Shown here: positions 11,831 through 25,100 of the stretch, piece after piece | Position numbering within the stretch: the first letter of the stretch is position 1 | Layout: every line of letters starts with the position of its first letter | Assembly (NCBI GenBank): GCA_965287045.1 | Contig: OZ336886.1 | Coordinates: forward strand, 29,202,001-29,266,000 | Origin: Carcharhinus amblyrhynchos | Lineage: Eukaryota | Length of the DNA: 64,000 bases | Direction: 5' to 3' | Notes under the pieces: generated by a model | Databases searched by the model: none | What the model was told of the DNA's origin: nothing | What the model saw: only the letters and a program-made list of their open reading frames with translations | Position numbers and translations under genes: made by a program

Positions 11831-12311
11831 TCCAATCTACAACCATGCCATGGAATCGGATTGTTCACAAGGAGGCCTCTCAGCCCATGTGTGCCTGTGT
11901 GTTCCTAATTGTATCAATACGTTTTATAAAATGGTGGGAAAATGATATTACTGCTATGATACACATTTTTCAGCATTTCTTCCATTTACTTTCAGATGTG
12001 TACAAATTTACGATACCAGATTTATTGTCGATTTTGGTGACCCTGACAGGGTGGTGCTGTGGTATCCCCTAACCACAGCTATCCTTCTTAAGATGCTCCT
12101 ACAATGGTGACAAGTAGGGAATTCCAGGATATTGACAAAATAATGATTCGGTAACTGCAATAAAAGAGTAATTTTCACTTCTGGCAGAGAATGTAACCAA
12201 ATCAACTGCCCTTTATTCACCAATTCCATTTATTTACTTTTAATTGATGAATTCCTACTTGTTTAGTTATGATTTGTTGCTCTTTCATGAATAAGAACAT
12301 TGAGGCAATTA

Positions 12312-12560
12312 GTTTTAATGTTTAATGTCACGTTACTTTACATTAACACTGCAATGAAGTTAATGTGAAAATCCCCTAGTCGCCATACTCCGGTGTGTCT
12401 GTTCAGGAACACTGGGGGAGAATTTAGTGTGGCCAATGCCCCTAACCAGCATGTCTTTCAGACTGCGGAAGGAAACTAGAGCACATGGAGGAAACCCACA
12501 CAGATGTGGGGAGAATGTGCAGATTCCCCACAGACAGTGACCCAAGCCTGGGTTGAATTC
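12312..12560 (-). mobile_element. V-SINE (Rex1-like tail type), head truncated at the B box
   Basis: Reverse complement of the V-domain and of the same tail type as 2681-2969. Confidence 0.85.
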
Positions 12561-12801
12561 AGCCTCAGGTGACAGTCTGTGTAGAATTTGCACATTCTCC
12601 CCATGTCTGCAGGGGTTTCCTCTGGATGCTTTGGTTTCTTCCCACAGTCGAAAGATGTGTAGGTTAGTTAATTGTCCATGGTAAATTGCCCCTTAGTGTG
12701 TTAGCCCTGTGTTACATGATAAGGCCTGGGTAAGATTGTTGTCAATACAGACTTGATGGATGAATGGCCTTCATCTGTAATCTAGGGATTCTATGATTCT
12801 A
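12551..12801 (+). mobile_element. HE1-type V-SINE, head truncated at the B box
   Basis: V-domain followed by a CR1-type tail ending gggattctatgattcta. Confidence 0.85.
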
Positions 12802-14605
12802 CTAAGCTCATGATGCCAATGCCAGCTCCCAAGGGCAGTACTTCCTAGTGAGGGGTGGAAGTTAGATAATTTAGCCCACTTCAGTATATGATGTCTGTGG
12901 GGTAAAGGTGGCTTTCAGTCAACTTTTTTTCTGGGAAGTGGGGGAATGGGGTGAGAAATCTGCCCCCTGTAAAATGCAGCCCAAGATATGCACTTGAGTA
13001 GATATCCTGTCACCAAACTATAGAAACTATAAATCAACTAATGCTTTGGGGGCAAGCATTACTTTTTACAATGTTTGGCTTTCCGGATGTTTCTGCATTA
13101 AGAAATTCCAGAAGAAGGCATTGTTTCATCGTTTGTTAGCAAGTTAAACCAAATTCTTGAAGACGTAAATACAGCTAAGAAGATGGCAGCTAAGCACAAT
13201 TGGACTAGATTAAAGATTTATCCTATTTTTATAAATTGATGTAAATTAATCAACCAAGAACCGAATATACCAGTTCTAACATAAAAATCTGAACCAGAAT
13301 CTTGATGCAAAGTTACAGGCTCATTGTAAGCAGTTTACATTACTCAGAATGAGCCAGGAAAACGTGAAGAGGAGAGTTAATCAGGTGCAATATTACATGC
13401 TGTATATCTCCGGACTATAGCAGTCAGTGTTCAGAACACTTGGCAGGCGTTGTGTTTGTGGATAAATTATTGAAATATATCATTTCATTGGATTGAGTTC
13501 CCTGTCAAGCAGCTTCCAGACAGAAATCTCTGAAACATGATCAAGTTATTATGCATAATTTTGAGAATCAGAGCAAACTTTTTACTGATTGTTATGACTG
13601 GTGTAACCTCATGCCTCATTCTCTATATGCAGTGATAGTTTCACTAATGGGTTGCTCTTGACTGCATTATAGAGGAATGATGGCCCAAGGGTTTATTGGA
13701 TGAATAGAGATTCTGTCAGTTCAAGAGAAAGGGTGCAAAAGATGACAATGACATACCATGCTACGGAGTTGTCAAGTCTAGTGTGTGCTATAATGAAGTA
13801 CTTTCTAATGTCATGGGCCTGAATAAACAACATCAATACCATGAAAAATGTAGTATACAGATTCACCCTGAATATAACTCAGTTTTTCAGGAAGTTTCAA
13901 GCTGGTTGTTTTTCATCTTATAGTCTGTAAATGGCAGTAATGATTACTATAATAGTAAATTACATACAACAGGTTTTGCATCAGATATATTGAATAATTA
14001 ACTTCTTTCTATGGTCAAACTCAAACAGTTTCCAAAACTTGTAGCCCCAAATCTGTTTATTTGTTTGTCCTTTATTGTACAAACTAAGTTCTGGTGCCTT
14101 AGTGTTCTTTTTCTTTTAGCTGAGAAAGGAAATAGATCACAAAATCTTAGAAACCATAAAAGCTATAGAAAGCTGCTGAAAAATAGATTGGCCTGCTTAT
14201 GAAAATTAACTCATCTAACGAGGCTTTTAAAGAACTGACAGAAAACACTGCATGCTTAACTGATATAATGTTGATATATGAGGTGGTTTCCTTTTCAACT
14301 CATTACCATAGCATTTTGAAGCCAAAATACTTACCGGTAAGTGTAATGTTATTCAAATATTGATTTATAGAGGTCATGGCTGCAAAAGCATAAGGTCCAT
14401 ATAAGGAAAACTTTTAACGGTTACTATTCAACAGTCTAAAAGTTCTACCAAAATAATTTGCATGGAACTATCATAACTTATGGGACATGTGCAAGGACTG
14501 TTATAGAAAGTATCAGCAATCAAATTGTGCACTTATCACAGCATAAGCTGTCAATCCTAGGGAATGTTAATCAACATCAGAATCAAGCACTCCCAGGCCA
14601 GGTTT

Positions 14606-15045
14606 AAGAAAGAATTGCATTTGTATAGTTCCTCTTACCACCACAGAACATCCCAAAGTGCATCACAGCCAATGAAGTACTTTGGAAGTGTGGTCACTAT
14701 TGTAAAGTAGGAAACACAGCTGCCAATTTATGCACAGCAAACTCCCACAAACAGTAATGTGATGATGACCAAGTAATCTGTTGTAGTGATGCTGATTTAG
14801 GGATAAATATTGTCCAGAACACTGCAGATAACTCCCCTGTTCCTTTTCTAAATAGTGTCACGGGATCTTTTATGTCCATCTGACAGACTAAAAGGGACCT
14901 TCTCACTGAAAGATGGCATTCACAATAGTGTTGCATAGTCTCAGTACTGCAGTGGAACGTAAGCTTGATTTTTGTGCTTAAGTCCTGGAGTGGAACTTGA
15001 ACCCACAACTTTTTGACTCATAAAAGTATTATCAACTGATCCCTG
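14606..15045 (-). mobile_element. DeuSINE (SacSINE1/AmnSINE1-related), near full length
   Basis: Minus strand reads a tRNA-like B box (gtgggttcaagttccactccag), a Deu-domain (cactgcagtactgag...aaaagatcccgtgacactattt...caatatttatccct...ctgtttgtgggagtttgctgtgcataaattggcagctg) and an L2-type tail (tacaaatgcaattctttctt). Confidence 0.85.
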
Positions 15046-16249
15046 ACTGGCAAAATGTATAACAGAATTAGGTTTCCTCTGGCCCAGTAATATTTTTGAC
15101 TCCAAAAACAGCTATAAGGTGGTATTTCTATTTTTGACATCAGCCATCCTTGTGGTTTAAGAAATGTATTCACCTGTGTAATCCAGTTCAGCCCCCTCCC
15201 CCCTCAATTGTTATTGGGTTCAGTTCCAAATTTAAGGCATTTGTGAAGCCAAAAATACTTCCGAAATGTCTGCTTCATTACCACAATTGTATCAGTGGGA
15301 AGACAGATTTATTCTCACCTTTATACTGGAAAGGATGAAATTCAGAGACCCCTATCAGCCAAGGAACACTGCCAGAAAAAACAGGTGCATCATCGAACAA
15401 GAGAAAAGAAAGGTATGCTTGATGATGAGATTACCAGGTATAATATTACCAGGAGCTCCAAACATACACATACAATATTATGCAGCGCCTACCATCACAA
15501 ATGACATTTGCTTGGATGTCACCCACCACTTACGTTGACAGCACAGAGCTAATAACACGACATAGAAAATGGCACTATATAGGTGCAAAATTATGTTTTT
15601 AAATGGTAGTCACCCATTCCTTTGCAGAAAAACCGACAGCCAACAGTTAACATCTAAGCAGAGAGGAATGGTGGGGAGATAGGGATTTTGGTTGCCTCAT
15701 GGATGCCCAAAGTCCACTTAATGTAATTTCCAAGTGGACAAACAGCATGTCCACTGGTATTTAAATATGTTACAGATGCTGTTCCAAGTGTAAAATGTTT
15801 TCTGAAATGTGCATGATCACTTCCAGTGTGGATTGTGCTGGATGCCATTTTAATGAGGGTGTGAGTGTTGGATATATGCAGAGTGGGCAGATTGTGACTT
15901 CAGTCAATGAGTAACGCTGCTTTGATGCCAGAAATGCCATTTTGAACCTTAACACTCGAGCTGATGTCCACTCTTTAACATGCGCAAGTGAACTTGTATT
16001 CAACAGCAGTAAAGTGCCACTAAAGGGATTATCAAATAAACTTCAGATTATTTATCAGTTGATTTCTACTACCTGGAGCTGAATTTACAGAACTGCTGTG
16101 AGTTTCCTAGTGATTTTTAAAGCTGATGAAGGGTGCGGGGTTGTACATGCTGAAGGCCTTGGTTCTCATGTCAAGAGTTTGGCTCAGATCATTATAGCTA
16201 CCAATCCTCTTGGCCTCCTGTATCACAACTGGGAAATAAAGCAGGAGTA

Positions 16250-16562
16250 ATCATAGAATCATAGAATCCTACAGTGCAGAAGGAGGCCATTTGGCCCATC
16301 GATTCTGTACCGACCACAATCCACCCAGGTCTTATCCCATAACCCCGTGCATTTATTCTAGCTAGTGCCCTTGACACTAAGGGGCAATTTACCATGGCCG
16401 ATCAACCTAACCCTGCGCATCTTTGGACTGTGGGAGGAAACCCATGCAGAGATGGGAAGAATGTGCAAACTCCACACATACAGTGATCTGAGGCCGGAAT
16501 TGAACCCGGGTCCTTGGTGCTGTGAGGCAGCAGTGCTAACCACTGTGCCACTGTGCCACCCA
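16250..16562 (-). mobile_element. Full-length HE1-type V-SINE
   Basis: Minus strand has A box gtggcacagtggttagc, B box gggttcaattcc, the V-domain, and a (gattctat)n tail. Confidence 0.92.
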
Positions 16563-16689
16563 TAAATCCAGAAGAGGAGGAACTGCTCAAGGATGAAGGA
16601 GGGTGGAAGGGTTTCAGTTGTGGGGGAAGGAGGGTTCTAAGCAAAATGTTCAATCAGCAATTTTCTTACGTTAATCTCAGTGACGGATA

Positions 16690-17450
16690 GTGTATACAAC
16701 ATCTCCATTTATCAAAGGATGTGCTAAATATTCCATGCGCATTTTGCAGTCTCAGAGCACAGTGCAGATGGCATTGTCGATGGTTATGATGGTGACCTTG
16801 GTCTTTAACTTCTTTGCATTGGGATCTTTTCAGGTTTAAGTAGTGACATCTCTAACACCTCAAAGTTTGCCTTCTACAGTTGTATAAGAGAGGTCACAAC
16901 AGTTTGTGTGCCAGGACTGGGGATCTGGTCAGAGAGAAGCAGATGAAGCAAGTGAATGCCTTTGCAAGAGTAATAGGTCACCAATTGTGCCAGATCCAAT
17001 TGACTGCACATATGCTTATGGGTGTCCCATAAAAGTGCAGAGATATTCTGCAACCAAAAAAGTTCTTCTCCTGGTGTATGCAGTTGATGTGTGGTCATGC
17101 TCAGCATATTCTGTTGGTGAATGCCTAATATCCTGGCAACTGTTATGATGTCTTTAATCTGCATCAGTCGATTCTACTATCAGCAGCAAGGACACCATGT
17201 ATAATCAGAGGGTGGGTGTTGCATGACAAGAGCTATCTGCTGGCCAATAGGCTTATGATGCAAGCGTGCAACCAAGCACATGTGAACAGCATGCATATAA
17301 CAAGAGACAATCTGTGACACAGTGTCATTGAGCAAATAACTGGGGTTCTTTAGAAACATTTCTGCTGCCTGAACTATGCTAGAGAAATCCTGCAATACTC
17401 AACAGAGCTTATGTCGTGATTTGTTGTGGTCTATTGTACTAAGAACAATT
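16690..17450 (+). pseudogene. Second PIF/Harbinger transposase relic
   Basis: Degenerate motifs VTLVFNFFALGSFQ, CIREVT, PIDCTYA, VNA*YPGNCYDVF, WVLHDKSYLL and VIEQITGVL. Confidence 0.75.
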
Positions 17451-17802
17451 TCACCATCTTGAGAGCACAGTCCTTACCACCAATTTTATGGCAAGTAGCT
17501 GAGCAAAACGGAAGATGCAACCAACACATGCCCTTTCCAAACAGGTTGTCTGTGATCAGTTTGTCTGACTACAATACAAGTGAACACAACCAAATTCCCA
17601 ATTCAACAACATCGGACTCTTCTACATGCTTCTGTTACTGACAATCACAGCATCCTTTTGGTCACAATGCTGAAACAGTGTAGAAATCCACTACGAATCA
17701 ACTATTCCAAACCAACTTTATAAAAAAATACACTATATATACGCTAGAATCAGAGGCCAATCTGACTCTGGAATGAAGTGTCTGCAATTTTATTCAGGAT
17801 AA

Positions 17803-17942
17803 TGGCCAGAATTCACCCCTCCCCCTGCCCCCCACAACTGCCCGCCACAGGAATAGGAGCAGGCAAGGGGCAGACTATGGGAAGGTTCATTGAACTTGGG
17901 GGGGATTTTACGGTTTTGGGATGAACGAGGTCATAAAATCCT
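17803..17942. mobile_element. Short Harbinger-type MITE
   Basis: ggccagaatt start and aaaatcc end. Similar in size and composition to 9819-9953. Confidence 0.45.
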
Positions 17943-18822
17943 AATAATTTCAGTCTGCTTTAACTTAAAAGTCATTATTGGCCTTATCTCTGGGTTTATA
18001 TTGTAAAACATTTAGTGCTGTTAAAAAACAAAACCTCTCTGCATCATTGTTACAGCTATACTATTCCCTGTTAATGGAGCTTGAAATTTGTACCACATTG
18101 AGACATCTATGCAGCTTTTCTTATTACCATCGGTTACCACATAAATACGACAGTATTGTAATATCTTAGGATTTTGACCTATGATAGCTTTGTTAAAATT
18201 ATAGTGAATTGCTGAGAAACTTATTTGATAACTGCATTTGATAACCGATGATGGGATCACTCTTTTTTTCTGGAAATTTGCAGAGGTCATAGCATTTCAA
18301 ATCTCTCATTTGCATTAATCTAATATTAAACCCAATTTGCATTTTTTATCTAGAGATAAAAATGCTTACAATGGTCATTATAAACATCTGTTATATAGCT
18401 TTATTGTGGAATGGGGCACAGGTAAGGAAGTAGTTGCTGACAGAGTTAATCAAGATAATAATATAAAAGAGCACAAGGTCACAAGACTAAACTGTTCGGG
18501 CTTAGGATATATTGCAGAAACCTAGGCAGCAGTTAACACAGTCACGGTTTGACAATATGTTTAACTGGAAAGTCAGTTCTACAATGAACACTATTGCATT
18601 ATTGAAATCAAATGCTTTCTTCAGGCAGCTTTTCATAAAAAGAAGTTTTAAACAGCAGGGCGGGTTTCACTGACATTCCATGATGCAAACAGGAAGAAGA
18701 GGGTAATTCTAAAAGGTAACACAATAAGATTCTGTAACAGTCACAGGAGTATCGGTTACTATAGGCTGATCTGTAGAGCTGAGGGGCTTAAGGTGAGGCT
18801 TACTGCCTATTTACTCGGTGTC

Positions 18823-18865
18823 ATGCAGAGGAGATTCCAATCACTGCAGGCCCTATTTAATCCAG
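18823..18865 (+). CDS. Candidate coding part of an alternative first exon (MQRRFQSLQALFNP, phase 1)
   Basis: ATG with G at -3 reads open to a strong CAG|gtaaga donor. The upstream region looks unique and carries a GC box (gggcggg) and an ETS core (acaggaag). Confidence 0.35.
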
Positions 18866-19891
18866 GTAAGAGTGTGCATTACTCAGATCAGTGAAAAAGG
18901 CAACAGACACTTTTTAAATAGGCTGTCACAGAAAAAAATACAAAGCTTTCAGACAGGGTTTTACTTTAGGGATCGCTTGAAAATTTCCTAATAATTGTCC
19001 TAAATTAACTACTAATCCTAATTATTAATTGGTATTAATGTGTTTTTGTTGACCAGAACTTTAAGCATATCTTTACAATCCAATTTAATCTAATCCAAGT
19101 TATTTTAAATCGACCTATACATTAAGATACTAAGACATTGATGTCAAGACAATGCTAACAAAATCTTTAAATCCTCAGCCACCAGCTCAATGGTTACTTG
19201 CAACACCAGAGCTGTAATCCCATCTCCTTATACTAAACCCAGACTTTTAACCTATAATTTAAACCTTGACCTTATTTCAGAAGTTTTAACACTCAATCTA
19301 CCTTGGATCTAACACCAAATTAGATCCAAAGATGTATTTTGTAACCCATCCAAGTAATGAGTTCACTGCATCATGGAAATGCTTTTCTATGAAAAAAAGC
19401 AAAAGTAGAAGAACAAGGAACAGAAGAAACAATCAGCACCAATCAAAACAACGTCAGCATAGCAGATACCACTTCTGGTAAAATTCTCATTCTTAAAAAT
19501 TTGCATAAATGCAATGGCTCAATGAACTCGGGTTTTCACAGATTTGTCAGGAACTGATGGATTTAAGATTTGAAATACAAGTATCTATTTAAGAAAAACC
19601 TGTGCACAGCCTGCAGATTTTTTTTCATCATTAGTTGTTCTGATGGAGCTAGGAAATAGCGAGTAGAGATGCCAGGGCCAGTGAAGCACAGCCATAGCAT
19701 GTAAGGGCTCTTTTTAGACCATACAATACCTGGTAGAAAGAATCACTATCAGGAGAGAAACTGTTAATGGTGAAGCCAGGGGCTAGAAAGCAACAGGAGA
19801 TGGAGGACACCCGTTCACAATGTGAATATTTAATGATTCCCCAATACTAATACTGAAGCAATAATGCATTGAGCATATAGTCACCAACTCG

Positions 19892-20580
19892 AGAGGTGAA
19901 GTTTTCAACTCCCTCTAATGGCAAGCCTGGAGGTGAGAAGGGTGTTTAATTAGGTGTGATGGTATCTTACCTGAACCATGATACCTTCCCACCTCTACCA
20001 GAATTAAGCTCTGGTAGCGAAGGTCTATGGTAGACTTCTCTGTCTCACCAACAATTCCTTAATGACCACTTAAGAGCCTCATCCCACCACTGCTGGCATT
20101 GACCCAGCCGTAGATGGGCCTGTTGCCATGTGGCGTTTATGGCAGCTGAAATTGTGCGGTCAGCTTGTCACCTTCTGCAGTGCCTGATTGAGAAACTGGA
20201 CATCAGGAAGGGGGAGACCCAAGAACTGCTGATCACCCCTTTCCCAATGAGCCCCACCCAACAAAGTTCACCCCCTCCCCCCATTACATATCTGTGGCCT
20301 GGATCATTCTTCAATCTTGAGACTTTTGTGCCTGTCCTTTTGGCAACATTGACAGCCTCCCAAGCAGTGCTGCTGAGCACAAGAGCTATCAGTCGACAAC
20401 TCTTAATAGGTAAGATTTCTGTTCCTAAAGGCTTGATTCCAGGGAAAGGCCCACCATTGGCCTTGCACTGCCTGATTGGCTTATGGTTCAGTAGGCCTTC
20501 TGGGAAAGAGAGGGCATGGATCTCTTTCCAGATCTCCACCCAGCAGTAAAGTCCCCAACACTGCAACAAGATCCTACCCT
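19892..20580. mobile_element. Non-autonomous Harbinger-like element (degraded)
   Basis: Ends in the TIR-like aagatcctaccc and shares subterminal cacttaa/taatt motifs with 61366-62081. Confidence 0.5.
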
Positions 20581-21774
20581 CGGCTTCTAGTTACAACTTT
20601 TTTTTTCAGAGCTATCATTGCTTTGGTGTTTACAACCAGAATTGGGACTTCAATCCAATATCAAGGCAGTGATGACAATATTGTATTCAGGAGCCAATAA
20701 ACAGTGAAACATGTGACCAAGCCACTGTAACTCCTGCCAATGCAAGATGGTCGCTCTGGGCATGCGTTTTTTGGCACACATGCATGGAATGCCAACAACC
20801 ATCATTCTTTTGTGATCAGTCTGCCAGTATACTCATGAGCATCTGTGAATAGTTCCTTCTTATTCCCTTTAGCACTGATCTTTTCAGGCCTAATGATAGT
20901 GCTCAGATGATGGCTTAGTGGATTGAAGTGCTACCCAGTAAACAAACAATGCCTGAATCTCAGCACAGCCTATGCATAGATTGCAAAAAATGATTGGCAA
21001 ACTTTAAAACTCATTTGTTGAACATTTGATAACAGTTATGAAACCCTTTTTCAATTCCTGCAGTAATTGAATCCCCAAAAGTTTATTTCAACGCAGTAGA
21101 ATCTATTCATTAGTGACTTCATTTCTCAACATTGGAATCCTGAATGAGTTTATGCAAGTATGATGGACATTAGCTTTAACAAAGTTTATTTAATAAGAAG
21201 ATAGCTAGCCAGGCAATTCTGCTAAGACTATTAGCTTTCTTTGTGTATGAGTGCTGCTAACTACAGTACCATGAATCTCAGTTCGCAGTTAGATACAAAT
21301 TTAAACAGTTCTGCGCAAAACTTGGATTGTGCAAAAAAGAAAATACTGCTGTGATTATTTAGTGATGCCGTTTTTAGTCCTGGCCACTCCAGTGTTCGCG
21401 TTAATGTAAGGGAGTACCAAAGCTGAATGCACATGCCTGATGTTAGCTGTAAACACAGCTGTAATCAGAAGGCAATGGTGAAGTTTAAAGGTGGAAAGCC
21501 AAAACAGCAAAGTGTGATGCCAGGAAGGTTTGAGTCTGGCAGCCAAAGAATGGACCTGAAGCTGGAGATGATAGAACAAAAAAACTACATAAACGACCTA
21601 GTGGGAAATTCAGTAATAGCAATCATCCAGTGAGTTAGAGGTGATTTGAGATTGCCAATCCATCAACACAAGGAGAGAATCAACAAACAGGATCCATAGA
21701 GATACAAAAAAAATTAAAAACTTTATTCTGCTGTGAAATGTAAGATAAAAAAACAGAAAATTGGATAACGATGC

Positions 21775-22097
21775 ATCATAGAATGCCTACATTGTAGAAG
21801 GAGGCCATTCAGCCCATTGAGCCTGCACCGACAACAATCCCAGTGGGACCCTATCCCTTCAACCCCATGTATTTACCGTTCTAATCTCCCTGACATCAAG
21901 GAGCAATGTAGCACATCCTAGCAACGTAACCTGCACAAGTTTAGTCTATGGGAGGAAAGCGGTGCACTTGGGGTAAACACCCACAGACGTGGAAAAAACG
22001 TGCAAACTCCACACAGACAGTCATCCAAGGCCAGAATTGAACCCGGGTCCCTGGCACTGTGAAGTGGCAATGCTAACTATTGTGTCACCATGCCGCC
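21775..22097 (-). mobile_element. HE1-type V-SINE (diverged)
   Basis: Same head, V-domain and tail layout as 16250-16562. Confidence 0.88.
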
Positions 22098-22118
22098 TAT
22101 CATGGATGCAGATGACTA

Positions 22119-25100
22119 AAATTATGGATGTACATATATTTTAGATCAGTGAATGTTTTGACTTGGGTTGGAGGTCTAGATAAGATTTCTTTAGGGTTTG
22201 CCTGTTACCCTAAGAATGCTATCATAGACTGTTATTTGTAATAACCATACTTATTTATTTTCAAATCTGTGTATGTGTATCAATATTCTACACAAGTTTA
22301 TACTTCTGCTTCCCACCAGCTCTGTCTCTTAGTCATGTGAGACAAGACTCATGTCTCACAGTACATTGGTAGTTACATCAGTATTAGATGCTCCTGATGT
22401 TAATTCTCTACATTTACCCCAAGTTTTATCCTAACTATCTACATACTGTTACTTCTACCTCCAAAGTCTCAGATTTTACAGGGTTAGTCTCTGTGATGGC
22501 TTGACAATCTCCCAGATCTGCTCCTGATTCCATTTTGAGGTTGAGGACAAACTGCACTCCCACATTGGACAATAGGAGTGTCTTTCACCTGGATGGTTGC
22601 AGAGTTTCTATTTATCCATATATTTCTTATTCTTCCTCTCCATCCAGATCTAAATAGCATTTTTAAGGTTCCATTGGTTTCCTTCCAACAATATAAAGGC
22701 TGTTTGGTTCCTTCTGATATTTCCCTGAACCATGTCAATTTTGTAAGATCTCGATTATGGAGCTATATTGATTACTATGTCTTCTTTCTGTAGATCTCAA
22801 ATCAACACTCTTTTCCTGGGCTTTAGCAGTCTCATGCTCAGTGTGTGAAGTTGAAATTATGAGTTTTACTTTCTCTTTGCTGCTCCTCACACTTCCTAAC
22901 TTGCCCATGATTGTCTGATGTGAATGTTAGGTTGCAGTGTTTTTTGTAGAGCTGGAAGTTGCGTTCGCAGCTGCCTTCCAATCAATAATTTGTGAATACC
23001 TGTTTTTTTCAGTGATGAGGTTCTGTGGTTCAGTAGGGCCAAGTTAATATCTCTGCTTTTTTTTAATCAATTCTTGATTGTACAAACTCCACTTTCTGAT
23101 TCCCCTTTTCTGAGGATATCTGGGTGAACCAGTCATGTGTGTAAAACCATATTGCTGGGCAAGGTTGTTGAACAGCTCATTAACAAACTGAGCTCTGTTG
23201 TCTGACATCGCAACATCGGGACACCATGTGTCATAAAGGTTTGACTTAGTAACGTAATGACTGCTTCCGCTTTAATGTGATGCAGTCCAAAATATCTGGA
23301 GACTTAGTCAATGATGATGATGGAAACTTTGCCTTTAAACTCAAATAAGGCATTTCCAGGCATTGCTATGGCCTGGAAGGAAACATGGAAAGTGCTAGTG
23401 GTTTGCTCTGCCATTGGTTATTCACTGCACATGAAAGGCAATTGATAATTAACTCTTCAACAAAGTGACTGATCCCTGATCACCAGACTGACTGCTGCAT
23501 TCTTGCTCAGCATTTTGATATTCGCAACTGACCTTGATGGATTTTCTTGAGAATGTCAATTTAAGTGTTTTAGGAATTAATAGTCTGTCATTAAAATAAG
23601 AAATCATCAATGATTGTGAGATGTTTTCTTTGTTCAAAGTATTGATGATGCAATGGGTTGTTAGAAGTAGACTCTCCCCCATCTATTCTAGCTATATATT
23701 TTTATGTTGATGCATTTGTCAACCTGCTGTTCTGTTTGCTTAGTTTCTTATAATCTCTTTTCAGTGGCTGGTATTGAATAAAGTATATGCTTCCACTTCT
23801 TCAATAAAATTTAAATCTTCAAGCTTGATTCCTTCCACTGGATAATGCAAACACTGTCATGTGGTACTTTCCTTGAATGTATGCAGTATCTCATAAGTCT
23901 CAAGAACTCTAGGCAGCATTTTTGCAACTTTCTTTAGGTTAAGAGTAGCCAAAGATTTACTGTCTATTTCAATTTTAGACCTTAATCCCATGACATAATT
24001 AGAGAAGTTCTCGTACGATTTGTAGCTACTGTTGCTTCTTTCTCATTGGCTGCATAACTCTTGTGTCCATGAGAGGCCTTGAGGCATGATAAACTAGCAT
24101 TCTTTGTCCATCTTTCTGAACTTGAAACAGCACTTTGTAGCTGATGTGTTCATTGCTATAATTGTTGGCAACCCTGGATAGTAATGTGTTAGAATTTCTA
24201 GTGAAATTCAGAGATTTTGGATCTTGATAAAATAATTTTGTTAGTCCACACTTCAGCACTACTGTTGACCTTGTCTCAACAGTTGGTTTAATAGCCCACT
24301 GAATATTGCTGAGTTTGGTAGGAATTTGCCTTTTTAATTGACCTTTCCAAAGAATTTTTGCAATTTTGTGATATTTTTAGACTGTGGGAACTTTCTACTG
24401 ACCTTGGTTTTCTGTGGCCCAGCTGCAGTTTTCAAAGTTTGCACAATGTGAGCTTGCACAACGTGACCTCAGATTTGTATCATAGGTTTTGCAAATTCAC
24501 ATTTGTTGTTTAATGTTAAATCTATTTCTTGTGGGATTTTGAGGACTGCTGTCACTTAGCAGTTGTGTTCTTCCCTCAATGAGCCATGTACAACAAGAGT
24601 GTCATCCAGACGGAATATTATTCCTTCCAGGGTCCGAAATATCATTCTTTGGAATATCTAAAGTGCAGAAGTCATTCTGATGGTAACCTGTTAAAACAAA
24701 AATGACCAAGCAAGGTGATGAATTAGTTAATAATCAGGACTCTTAGTCCAAAGGCAACTGCCAAAAACCATTGTTCACATCTAATTTTGTGAAGAGGATG
24801 CTTTTTGCTAATTTGTCTTACTTTCATCCACTGATGCAATTGAGTGGAACTTGTTCTCTACTGACTTGTTTAATTGAGTCAAGTCCACACAGTTTATAAT
24901 TGAACCACGAGACATTGGTACTATGACCATTCCAGAACACTACTTTGTCAGTATGGCTGCCAGAGAAATGATTCTCTTGACATGTGTTCAGTCTTGCCTA
25001 AGAGTGAGTAGGGATATTCCTCACTGAAAAGGGACATATGCCCTCAGATATACGGAATATTCAGTTTTCTTAAACCTGAAAATAGGGATGGAAATTCATT

